Part shown: positions 22,685-34,900 of the stretch, piece after piece
Numbering within the stretch: position 1 is the stretch's first letter
How the letters are laid out: the number at the start of each line of letters is the position of its first letter
Assembly: GCF_902652985.1 (NCBI RefSeq)
Contig: NC_047026.1
Coordinates: 21,762,001-21,826,000, forward strand
Origin: Pecten maximus
Lineage: Eukaryota
DNA length: 64,000 nucleotides
Direction: 5' to 3'
Notes under the pieces: model-generated
Databases searched by the model: none
What the model was told of the DNA's origin: nothing
Seen by the model: the letters and a program-made list of their open reading frames with translations, nothing else
Position numbers and translations under genes: made by a program

Positions 22685-24168
22685 TTATTCGTCCGCCTTT
22701 TCATCGTATTCTTCAAAGTCATCCTCGTCCTCCTCCTCATCCTCGTCACCAGAAGTTAATCCGTCGTCTTTATACATGTACTCCTGGAAATGATGTTTGT
22801 TCTTTAAAAGAGACATGCGTACAGAAGACCGAATGTTGTAGCCACCTCGTCTATACTTTTTCACGGATTCTATGGTTTTTGTATGAAGATTTCCACCTTT
22901 AATTTGAAAGATGTTGATTAGCGTCTGCGCGTATTCATTAAGGAATCCCATTAGATCGTCATCTTCCATCTTCTTATATGCCTTACATTCTGCTTCTTTC
23001 TTTGAAAATCACTGTCCTTTGTATTTGTCTACTCGTTTACTCCATTTCTCTTCGTTCTTGGATTTAGCTAGTTTGAGCTTCTTGGTGAAGTAATCATCCT
23101 CTTTTGAGTTTTCATTCTCTGTTTCGTTTTCAGAGATACCATAGTCACCAAAGGTACTAATCCTCTGTTTCTTTGTGGGACTATCGCCTTGGTCATTACC
23201 ATCCTCAAACTTTCTTTTATGAATACTGTTTTCTGGGCACCACCGTTTCACATGCCTCTGTAGATCATGAATGTTCTCAAACATCAGACCGCAATCGTCA
23301 CATGAATGCATTTCTAAGGGTTCTTCAGAACATTCACTGGCAACGGTATCCCCCAAATAATTATTAAATGCGGTTTCGTTTTGTGAGGGATTCTTACTCT
23401 CCTGGAGCTTTGTGGTGTACGTCTGCCCTAATGTACTTCCTTCAATAGAATGGGACCTTGGTTCCCCTTGTAGCTCCCTTTTGTTCTGTGTCGTGACCTC
23501 CGATTGGTCATTTAAAACGTCAGTGCGCAGGCGCAGATGTTCCGGAGTTTTAGGTTTTAAATCCACTAGTAAATAACCGTACGGTTTGCTGGTAGCCTGT
23601 TCAAAGTGACGCATAAAGTGTTTTGCGTTGTCGGGGTACATCTGTCGTGCTAGTGTCATGGTTTGTTGTCGATCAATGGGATTGTTAAAAAACCGCCAAA
23701 TAGTGGCAATTTCTTCTCTGTGTCGGATCTTTACTATAATAGAGGTTTTGGTTTATAGCAATGACCGACAAGTTCCGGTCTGACGGTTGTTTTAATGACG
23801 TTATATAGATGCTGCCATCGTTTATACAGCCATATAATTCGTTCTGGTGGTGGATTCAGTTTATCGATGTTGTCCTGTAATAGCTTTGTTACGAAATGCG
23901 TCTTCCCACAGGACGTCGGTCCGGACACAATCATCGTAAAAGGGTGTTCGAAACTAAACTGTTTCGAGTCTTCGGAGCTTTTATCCATTGTGATATGCAG
24001 TGCTCCCGGTGCTCTCGGTGCTCCCGGTGCTCCCGGTGCTCTCGGTGCTCCCGGTGCTCCTTTGATTTGTGCTTCGTCCACTGTTGAATGTTGTTTCTTG
24101 GTATGTCTTTGTATACTGTATCGGCTACAGAACGTCTTTTGACACTGTGGGCACGAAAAACTATACAT
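22685..24168 (-). pseudogene. Polinton packaging-type (A32/FtsK-like) ATPase fusion: N-terminal C2H2 finger, GAP repeats, ATPase, Zn-finger/acidic C-terminal domain; disrupted
   Basis: Walker A HPFTMIVSGPTSCGKT; Walker B region missing; alternate frame RNLSVIAINQNL...RRNCHYL; +1 frameshift in the T-run near 23690; ATPase C-terminus LARQMYP...ATSKPYGYLLVDL...RLRT; ORF 22685..22969 is in frame with 23009..23659 across one premature TGA. Confidence 0.85.
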
Positions 24169-24367
24169 CTTTACGCTCCAAGACTGCGAGTGAGAATGAT
24201 GTCTTGTTTAAATGTTTATAGATTTTATACCGTTAAGCAAAATGCATTGTTGGTAATTTCCACTGCATTGTGGGTAATTTCCACTGCATTATGGATACGA
24301 TATTGGTTATATTTTCAGGAGATTCCAGATCGGCATTCAGTGCCAGAGAATCTGTACAGACGACAAG

Positions 24368-27300
24368 ATGGGATATGACTGTAAGCAGTGCGGAGCTTCA
24401 TTTACCAAATCCAGCCTACTACAGGAACACAAAAGAATCAGGGGCCACGGAGACAAATTTAAATGTACTGTTTGTGGAAAATCCTTCGGGCGTAAGGATA
24501 ATTATGATAGACATTTGTTACGACATGCAGACTCATCATTATGTCAATGTGATGATTGTGGAATGCTATTTAGTAGAGGTGATAGCTTACAACGTCACCA
24601 GGAGCAGAAACATGGTCAGTCTGGAGGAGGTGTTAAGCGACATGCTGATGAGGAAAACATTGATCCAACACCTGTTAAGAAAACGGCAAAGACAACAGAC
24701 GACCTCTACTCTCTTCGTGTCATTAAAGAGACAAATATACCTAAATTTCAAACCTCAGCAACACATTACAAGGTAGATTTTGAAGATTTGGAAGTGCGCG
24801 GAGTTGTAGAAATTTTAAAAACACTGAAGAGCATTTTTCAGTCACTCATCAGGAATGTCACAGAATTCATGGAAAGCAATGATTTAGTTCGATTGTCCGT
24901 CGAATGCCCCGAGTTAGATTTCCCTATCTCACTACCTTTTATGAAAGTTTCAGCTTTGACGCCAGAGAGGTTACTGTCAGAGATAGAGCGCGTGTTGCAG
25001 TCATATGAACAGTTCGTTCTCGATCAAACTCTATATATGGAACTTGTTCATGTACATCTGCCAAAAGGTGGTGTAGGGAAACGATGTCATTTTGTTGATT
25101 TAGACAAGATGATAAAAAGCAAACGATGTTTCATCAGAATCCAAAACAACGACAATTTATGCTGCGCTAGAGCTCTCGTGACCGCCATAGCACGACATGA
25201 AAAGCATCCAAAATGGGAAAGAATACGGCATGGTGGAAAGATACAAGAAATATTAGCCAAGGAGCTCCATACAAAAGCCAGAATACCGTTGCAAAAGTGT
25301 GGAATTACAGAAATCAGATTATTTCAAGAAGTGATGCAAGACTACCAGATAGTAGTGCTGTCGAAGGAACACTTTAACGCCATCGTGTTTTCCGGACCCG
25401 AACGTGAAAAACAACTATACCTATACCATCATGACGACCATTACGATGTTGTTACAAGTATGCCTGCTTTTTTGAATAAGAATTATTATTGCACTCAATG
25501 CAAGAGGGGGTATGATCACAAGGAGAAACACAAGTGCAATGACCCCTGTGTCTATTGTCATCACATCCATCTCGAGGAAGTGGAGGAATGGAAGTATTGC
25601 CAAGATTGTAACAGGTATTTTAAACATAATCTGTGCTTCGACAGTCACAAGAAACCCTCTGTTTCAGGAAAAACAACTTGCGCCTCGTACTATCGATGCA
25701 AGAACTGTGATCAAGCCATCAATGTTGACATGCATAAAAAGGCACACGTGTGTGGTGAACGCTATTGTAAGACGTGCAAGGATTACTTTGATGAAGATCA
25801 TAAATGCTACATGCAAACAGTTGTAGCGGATGAACCATCGCAAAAGCAATGTGAGGGAACCAAACAACTCCAGACGTACATATTTTTCGACTTTGAATGT
25901 ACCCAAGACGACGTGATGGAGTGCGAAAGAGGTTATAAACCAGGAGCAGACAAGCGGTGTATCAACTGTAAAAAGTCTCGTTGTGGTTCATTCAGACATC
26001 AGCCGAATTTATGTGTGGTCCACAAAACGTGTGCTGCCTGCATAAACAGCGATGTAACATCTCAAGTGAATGCAAAAACTGTGGACCAAATGAGAAGATC
26101 TTTGGCGGACCCGAGACGACAAAGGACTTTTGTAAATGGTTGTTTTCGGAAGAAATTTTTGATGCCAAGGTCTTGTGTCATAGCTTTAAAGGTTATGATA
26201 GTTACCCTATCCTTGGATATCTATACCACAATGGGATGCTTCCTGAAGTTGTCACAAGTGGTTTCAAATACTTGAGTATTAATGTACCGCAATGCCGCAT
26301 TCGCTTTATTGACAGCATCAATTTCTTACCTATGGCTTTAGCAGAATTACCGAAAGCATTTGGAATCGAGGAACTAGCTAAGGGATACTTCCCTCATTTA
26401 TTCAATCGCAAGGAAAACCAGGAAATATGCATGTCACACTTACCTGATAAAAAATACTATCACCCAGATGGTATGAAGCCAAAAAGGAGAAAACCATTCA
26501 TGGAATGGTACAAAAATAACAAAGACCATTCATTCACCTTCCATGAAGAGCTTCTGAAGTATTGTCGATCTGACGTAGACATTCTCCGTAAGTGTTGCTT
26601 AAAATTTCGGAAAATGTTCATACAAATGACAAATAAAGATGGCAGTGCTGGAATCGACCCATTTCAGAATTGCATCACCATAGCATCTGCCTGCAATCTT
26701 GTGTACAGAACAATGTTTTTGGAGTCTGAAAGCATTGGTATCATACCACCACATGGATACAGACCGGAGGATAAACAATCTATCAAAGCAATGAAATGGC
26801 TGAAATTCATCGCAAATACTGAAGGTCTTAGAATTCAGCATGCATTACATGATGGAGAGAAAACAAATAGGACCTTACAAAGTCGATGGGTATACCGAAA
26901 ACAATGAAGGAAAAGAAACTGTCCTTGAATTCCACGGATGTTTCTGGCACGGTTGCACGAAATGTTATGCCCGTAGCACTATCAATACTGTAACCGAATG
27001 CACCATGGCCGACCTCCATATGAGAACGCTTGACAAACAACGCTATCTGCAAAATCTAGGGTACGAATACAGATGCATATGGGAATGCGACTTTGAACGG
27101 CAAAGTAAGGTTGATGAACTACTGAAGTCATTTTTAAAGACATTAGACGTTGAAGACCCCTTAGAACCAAGAGACGCTTTCTACGGAGGAAGAACGGAAG
27201 CATTTACTATGTATGCAGAAGCTTCAAAAAACAGACAGATCAAGTACTATGACGTAACATCCCTTTATCCATACATCAACAAAGTTGGGAAAGTACCATT

Positions 27301-28760
27301 GGGCCACCCTACCATCATCACAGAAAACTTTCAAAATATAGAGGAATACGAGGGTTTGATCAAATGCAAGATGATACCTCCAAGAAACTTATTCATACCC
27401 GTTCTTCCGTATCGCTCCAATGGAAAATTGCTGTTTCCGTTATGTCGTACGTGCGCCGAAGATTCATCAACAGCAAAGTGTTGTCATGGTGACCAAAAAA
27501 GGGCTATCACTGGAACATGGGTCACTGACGAATTGAAAACTGCCATCAGAAAAGGATACAGACTGTTGGAAACGTACGAAGTATGGCACTTTGAAAGCAT
27601 TTCACAATACGACACTGTTTTGAAAACTGGTGGTGTCTTCACTGAGTACGTAAACACCTTCCTGAAACTCAAACAAGAAGCTAGCGGATGGCCTAACTGG
27701 TGTAAAACTGACCATGATAAAGTAAAATACATCAATGACTTTTATGATAGAGAGGGCATACTTCTGGACAGAGAAAAAATCGAGGAAAATCCTGGGTTGA
27801 GGAGACTGGCCAAGCTCATGCTTAACAGGTAGACATTTTGCTTTATTTTTATTTTATTTTTTTATTTTTCTTAATTCTATTTGTATAGTACGATTTAATG
27901 TTATGTCGGTAGCAAAAGGAAATTTGAAACTTTAATCAAATATATTATTTTATATATTTACAATAAATGGTACATTCTTTTGATTTTTGTTTATATTTGA
28001 TCAGTTAAATTATGAATTGGAACAATTGAAAAACGTCTGTAAACAATTTATGTTTGTACATTACAGTTTCTGGGGAAAGTTTGGTCAACGCACAAGCATG
28101 ATACAGTCATCATATATATCTGACCAGTGTGAGTACTTTGACATGATGTCTAGTGACAGCCAAATCGTCAAAGATGTCAACTTTGTATCGGATGAGATGG
28201 TGAGGATGGATTGGAACTACGACAGTGATTTTCTGACAGCTTCTGGTCGCACAAATGTTGTAGTTGCTGCCTACACAACTGCACAGGCAAGACTCAAGCT
28301 GTATAGCTACCTGGAACCCCTGGATAGAAGTGCACTATATTGTGATACAGATTCAGTGGTGTTCACGGTGGAGCCAGGGCAATGGAAGCCTAATCTTGGA
28401 GATAATCTTGGTGATCTAACTGATGAGGTGGAAGGAACGAGCATTGTTAACTTTGTCACGGGAGGCCCAAAGAACTATGCATATACACTCTCAAAACCAA
28501 ATAAGGATGGTGAAATGAGTTGTTGCAAGGTTCGAGGAATAACTCTTAACTACAAAAACTCTCTAGAAATAAATTATGACACTGTGAAAGACATGGTTTG
28601 TGGCAAGAAGAAAAAGGTTACTGTGTGTGATGAACTCAAAACTTGTAGAGACAAACAATCATGTAACCTCTTGACAACATTGGAAAATAAGGATTATCAG
28701 ATTGTTTTTGACAAGCGTGTCATGTCCAACAAATATGTCACTCTTCCGTATGGAATGTGA
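24368..28760 (+). pseudogene. Protein-primed family B DNA polymerase (pPolB), ~1385 aa reconstructed; 2 frameshifts (~26064, ~26861) and 1 intron (27829-28066)
   Basis: ExoI FFDFECT, ExoII HSFKGYD, ExoIII YCRSDV, motif A YYDVTSLYP, motif B KLMLN|SFWGKFGQ, motif C YCDTDS, GGPKNY, KVRGITL, terminal TLPYG. Confidence 0.94.
27829..28066 (+). other. Spliceosomal GT-AG intron (238 bp) in the pPolB gene
   Basis: AACAG|GTAGAC ... AT-rich ... TTACAG|TTTCTGG; splicing yields AAC AGT TTC TGG GGA AAG = NSFWGK. Confidence 0.9.
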
Positions 28761-29288
28761 ATGTTTACGTATGGATGGCATGATAACATACCCCCAAACC
28801 AACTTAATGGTTGTATAAACGATAGTGTAACCATTCTATTTAGCAGGTTACGTTTGTCCATTGATACATGTGCAAGACATATTTATAATGTTCAACTGTA
28901 TTTTTCATATATAACATGTATCGTGTATGATGTGGAAGTTGATTTACTCCTTAACTGTATACATTGTATAAACCATTGATATGCTATTAAAAGGTTCATT
29001 AATCAATTACGTTTAAATTCCTTTTTGTTTTTATTCTTGTTGTTGAAGAGCAGATACGTATACATATGTAAGTTAAAAACTGTGGATCATTTTTTTATAA
29101 TGGTAGAGTTCATACTCAAATACAAATGGACAAACGTCTTATAATGTGACATTTATATTGTTTTAGATAATGATGTACCTATGACAATAACACAATAGCA
29201 ATGTAACGTTAGTGACGATAAAAGGATTTTTTTTTTAAACTGACCAGAGTTCCTTTCAGACAACGTTGTCACAATAGGATCATTAGAA

Positions 29289-29549
29289 TGTGTCATCTTG
29301 AACAGGTGTACTTCATAATAAAGGGTCTACGACCCTTTGAACTAATATCCTAATAGACCTTTAATCGATTGTTATAACTAAACCAATATTGACACAATGG
29401 GGTTTTTCATTGTTAACTATTTAAAGGTCCAATTGATTAACCTTTAATCAATTGTCATAACCACTTTCGGTTTCCCTCCACAATCAAGATGGCGGCCATG
29501 CAAAGACATATAGGGGAAAAAATGACCCATACGTATGTCCTAGACTACT
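29289..29549 (-). repeat. Polinton right TIR (~260 bp)
   Basis: Reverse complement of 20248-20486. Confidence 0.93.
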
Positions 29550-29717
29550 GCTGACGTTAAGCACAGTAATGGGACACATAAATAATGAGGCTTCTGTGTC
29601 TAGGATCAGTGATTAAGATACCACTGTAAATTCGGAAGTACTATTTCAGTCGATGCATGTCATATCGAATAAGAAATTTGTATTATGGCCAGTGTACTAC
29701 AAAGATAAAGTGAAAAG

Positions 29718-30621
29718 GTTACTAAAATGATTGTTTCATTCCTTCATACCTTACTAGAATGAGTATCCCATTCCTTACTACGTTACTAGTATGATAGTCT
29801 GATTCCTTCATACGTTACTAAAATGATTGTCTCATTCCTTCATACGTTACTAGAATGATTGTCTCATTCCTTACTACGTTACTAGAATGATTGTCTCATT
29901 CCTTCATACGTTACTAGAATGATTGTCCCATTCCTTCATACGTTACTAGAATGATTGTCTAATTCCTTCATACGTTACTAGAATGATTGTCTCATTCCTT
30001 ACTACGTTACTAGAATGATTGTCTCATTCCTTCATACGTTACTAGAATGATTGTCTCATTCCTTACTACGTTACTAGAATGATTGTCTCATTCCTTACTA
30101 CGTTACTAGAATGATTGTCTCATTCCTTCATACGTTTCTTAAATGATTGTCTCATTCCTTACTACGTTACTAGAATGATTGTCTCATTCCTTACTACGTT
30201 ACTAGAATGATTGCCTCATTCCTTCATACGTTACTAGAATGATTGTCTCATTCCTTACTACGTTACTATAATGATTGTCTCATTCCTTCATACGTTACTA
30301 GAATGATTGTCTCATTCCTTCATACGTTACTAGAATGATTGTCTCATTCCTTACTACGTTACTAGAATGATTGTCCCATTCCTTCATACGTTACTAGAAT
30401 GATTGTCTCATTCCTTCATACGTTACTAGAATGATTGTCTCATTCCTTCACACGTTACTAGAATGATTGTCTCATTCCTTCATACGTTACAAGAATGATT
30501 GTCTCATTCCTTACTACGTTACTAGAATGATTGTCTCATTCCTTCATACGTTACTAGAATAATTGTCTCATTCCTTCATACGTTACTAGAATGATTGTCT
30601 CATTCTTTCATACGTTACTAG
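29718..30621. repeat. 32-bp satellite, block 1 (~28 units), CGTTACTAGAATGATTGTCTCATTCCTT(CAT/ACT)A
   Basis: Direct inspection. Confidence 0.97.
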
Positions 30622-31911
30622 TGTAACGTAAACTGAGCGTGATTGCTGATATTTTCACGAGAAGACAGACTACAATATATACAAGATTTATTTACAATTT
30701 GTACAAGCATGTATATTAACATTTATTTATAAACACGCTCATTACACAATCTTACATACAGCACACTCTGATACATTCATAAGACACATAAGCATAAATA
30801 CATAAACATAGACACATAAGCATAAATACATAAACATAGACACCCTATTCCCTACAAGTCTCTCAAAGGCCACCACAGTTGAACATCGAGTCCACACAGT
30901 TACGTTGCTAAGCTCCAGGTGAACATGAACAACAAAGTCTCCATCATAAGTTCCTCACAATCCAATCAGTGCCGTCTTATACAGCGGAACAAAATCACGC
31001 AGTGCTCAATATATATTGTACTGAACATGGTCAGCATCCACAACAGGGAATCAACATTATAGTAGAACAGAATCTCTACGTCTGTAATGATTATACCAAG
31101 ACGTTGAATATCTCAACAACTGTGACGTCATCAATAACAATGTCACATCTCTGCCGCGATGTGTATCACCGCTCAGACATACCACGCAGGTTATGTCGGT
31201 CCATCCTTCCACAACAGGGAAGGTTCACAACAGGCATACAATTCATAGGACGAGTAGGATCTCGTAATACATAAATCAGTACAGCTATTCGGCCCTCGGC
31301 TCTAGGCCTCCATACCATAGGTGGGTAGTGTTCATGGTCTCATCAATTACGGTGTAGGCCCATCAAGCTACAACAATATAGTAATTACAATTTACTTAAC
31401 AGTTATATTTTATGTATTAAACTATTTAAACAATATATATTCCACACTACATATAAGCAAAACCATACTTGTAAACATACTAGATACTCGCGCTCATTTA
31501 CCGACGACACACAATACACCGCACGTGCCTCACTAGTACTAGGCCACGCCTAACAATACAGGTAACATTTAGCGACTATAAAACACTATAAACACACTCA
31601 AACTGGCAAATATAACAACAGACAACCTATTGATAACGTTATGGGGTAATATTGGGTTATATTTGATGGAAATACTTACCCCAATCTGTAGTTTGGGCGT
31701 CGAACAGGGCTACGCTCCAAATACCCGCTGCTAGGTTTTTTACCTGTCCGCCTGTACTCCCGCTTACCTGTTGCTAATGCGCACACACCCTGCCGCGGTC
31801 TCAACAGTTGAGAAACGGCGCGCAATTTAAAACTCTTAAACCAATACTCAGGACTAAAACAAATACATACAAGTTACAAATACTTACATACACCAGATAT
31901 GGCATGTGACA
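30622..31911 (-). repeat. 3' LTR (1290 bp; carries a 28-bp internal duplication absent from the 5' LTR)
   Basis: Direct repeat of 36660-37921 with about 11 substitutions counted by eye. Confidence 0.95.
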
Positions 31912-31990
31912 ACACGCCCCAACCAGAAGAATAAACGTTGTGGAGCTACTTTTATTCTCCAAAAAGTCACATGACAGAGTTTCCTAGCCA

Positions 31991-34900
31991 TCACATTCTG
32001 CTGAGGAAATCCGCACCAACGTTTTCACATCCTCTGATTGCACGTTTTCGGAATTTGTACGGTTGTAGTTGCAGTGCCCATCTCATTAACCTCGCATTCA
32101 CACCCTTCATCTTGTTCAAGTATATAAGTGGTTGATGATCTGTCTCCAACACGAACTCCTTCCCATAGATGTATTTTTGGAATTTCTGAATGGACCACAC
32201 TACAGCCAAACATTCCTTCTCAATCACGGAATATGCGCATTCACTGGACTTCAGTTTTCGGCTAGCATAAGCCACCGGAAGTAAATGGTCTCCCTCCATT
32301 TGCAGTAAAATACCGCCTATTCCCTTATCTGATGCATCGGTCTGGAGAGTGAATTCCGCTTCCAAGTCAGGTAACTTCAGTATTGGACTAGATGATAGGA
32401 TCTTCTTCAGAGTGTTGAACGCTCTCTCATGAGTGTCCTGCCATATCACCTTGTTTGGCATTCCCTTTCTTGTCAGGTCAGTCAATGGAACAGCAATAAC
32501 AGCAAAATTAGGGATGAATTTCCGGTAAAATCCGGCCAGACCCAGAAAAGATCGCACCTGCTTCTTCGTCGTTGGTCTCTCCGCTTCGCTGATTTCTTTG
32601 ACCTTGTCCGGGGTTGGTAGCAATCCTTGCTGTCCAACAATATGTCCCAAACACTCTAGACTACTATATCCAAGCGCGCATTTACTTGGTCTCGCTGTCA
32701 ATCCAGCCCCTTGCAGTCGTCTGAACAATTCTGCAAGTACAGAAACGTGCTCCTCCCATGTCTTCGTGTAGATTAACAGGTCGTCTATAAAACTGTCTAT
32801 GTTGGTCATTCCCCGAAGAAGTTTCCTCATCAATCGACAAAAAGTCGCTGGGGCGTTTACAAGACCAAATGGCATGACTGAGAATTCGAATAATCCAACA
32901 GGTGTTGAAAATGCCGTTTTCTGTCTGGAACTCTCTGACATAGGAACTTGCCAGTAGCCTTTACTAAGGTCAAGACGGGAAACATTGGTGACCCGCAAGT
33001 CGCGAGAAAATATCCTCGGCGTCTGGCATCGGTTCGGCGTCAAATACGGTTATCCGATTCAGGTGACGATAATCGACGCAAAACCTATTCGTGCCATCTT
33101 TCTTCCTTACGATCACAACCCCTGCCGAATAAGGAGACTTTGACGGATGAATAACTCCCATCTTCAACATCTTGTCTACCTCATCCCTGATAGTTTCCTT
33201 CATGTTGAATGGAATGTTGTGAGGCTTGAGTCTAACTGGTTCGGATGTTGTCGTCTTGATGTCATGCTCAACTAACGACGTATTCCCGGGCATATCAGTC
33301 AGAACATCAACAAATTCCTCCATCAGTTCTGTCAAATCCTTCCTTTGTGGTTTGGTCAACAGCTCAGAAACTAATACATCTTCAGCTGACTCCTTCCTCC
33401 CCAACTGAGGCATCGTAATATCCTCCAACAGACCATCTTCGTAATCAACCGTCTCCTCTTCCTCTTCATCCACTATGGACACACAAACAACAGACATAAT
33501 TCCGGATTGCTGACATGCAGAGTTCTCTCCCCTCTCAACGTATCTCCGTAGGAGGTTGGCATGCACAGTTTTCACCTTTCCATCAATGTCGACCTTATAA
33601 TCCATTGAACCCATCTTCTCTGTAATCCGGTATGGTCCTCGCCACTGCATCTCTAACTTGTTCCTCTTCGTTGGCAACAAAATCAAAACCTTCTGGCCAA
33701 CATTCAGTTGTCTTTCCTTAGTCTTCCGGTTATAGTAAGACGCTTGGCGGATCTTCGATGTCCGAAGTTGCTTCTGGGCCATCTCACAGGTGTCTTCTAG
33801 CTTTGCCTTCAGATCAATGACATACTGGTAGGTAGTCTTTGTCTCAGGATCCGGAACTTGTTTGGTCCAAAGCTCCTTTAAGATCATCATTGGCCCTCTG
33901 ACAGTACGATCATACAGCATCTCAAATGGTGAAAAGCCAAGACTCTCTTGGGGAACCTCACGATACGCGAATAGTAGTGCGTTGATATATTTATCCCAAT
34001 CCCTGGGTCTTTCAGCACACATCCGACGAAGCATTTGTTTAAAAGTTCCATTAAACCTCTCGACTAGGCCATTACACATCGGATGATAGGGTGTTGTGGT
34101 CAACTGGCGAATAGATAGTAAACGGCTTACCTCCCTCATGAGTTCTGATGTGAATTGAGCTCCCTGGTCTGTGAGTACCTCGCTTGGGACACCAACACGA
34201 CTATAAATATCGACCAGTGCCTCGGCGACACGCTCCGTCTCGATTCCTTTCAATGGTATGGCCTCTGGATATCTTGTGGCATAATCCACTAGTGTTAAGA
34301 TATAGCGGTTCCCACGGTCTGTAGCAGGTTGGAGTGGCCCCACCAGGTCAATAGCTACGCGCTGAAATGGCGTTCCAATGAGTGGTATAACCCCTAACGG
34401 AACCTTGGTCACCCTGCCCTTGGGAAATGTCCGTTGGCAGACATCACACGAGCGACAAAATCTTGTCACATCTGACGTCAACCCAGGCCAATAGAACTCT
34501 GATAATATCCGCTCGGTCGTCCGTTTCGCCGCTAAATGGCCAGACATCACAGAATCGTGAGCCAACTTCATCACAGCAGGTCTCAACTTGGTCGGTACCA
34601 CCAGCTGCTTAAACAGCCTTCCCTGTGCTGATGATGGACTCTGAAACTCTCTGTATAATAGACCCCTCTTGACATAGAAATGAGACTTACCGCCATCTGA
34701 TCGTATCTTCTTGTCATCATTCCTCGCCAATTGCCATAGCTTCACAAGACTGTCATCAGCTTCCTGTTCAGCTTTGATCTCATCAGGAGTAGCAAAGTTG
34801 TCTGCAGTAGGTACATTCAATGCGCGATAGGGTCGGTTCTCCTTCTGCCGTTGAGCCCTTGTCTGTACAGCAGCAACAGCTTCCACCTTCCAATCAGTAT

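Larger units (their letters stand above)
20248..29549. mobile_element. Polinton/Maverick, 9302 bp, with both termini; apparently capsid-less; decayed copy
   Basis: 5'-AGTAGT...ACTACT-3' termini, long TIRs, perfect 6-bp TSD GCTGAC (20242-20247, 29550-29555); encodes retroviral-type integrase, packaging-type ATPase and protein-primed PolB. Confidence 0.96.

Noticed and set aside
24000-24060. Collagen-like gene (GAPGAPRAP)
   Set aside because: Only ~20 aa with Gly-X-Y broken by Arg; it is a 9-bp microrepeat linker inside the ATPase ORF.
27987-28066. N-terminal 27 aa of ORF 27987..28760 as the start of a separate gene
   Set aside because: Intronic sequence; the ORF is exon 2 of pPolB starting at 28067.
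30969-31536. ORFs of 101 and 71 aa duplicated at 36979-37546
   Set aside because: They lie inside the LTRs, antisense to the element, start at GTG and have no recognisable motifs; duplication is explained by the LTRs.
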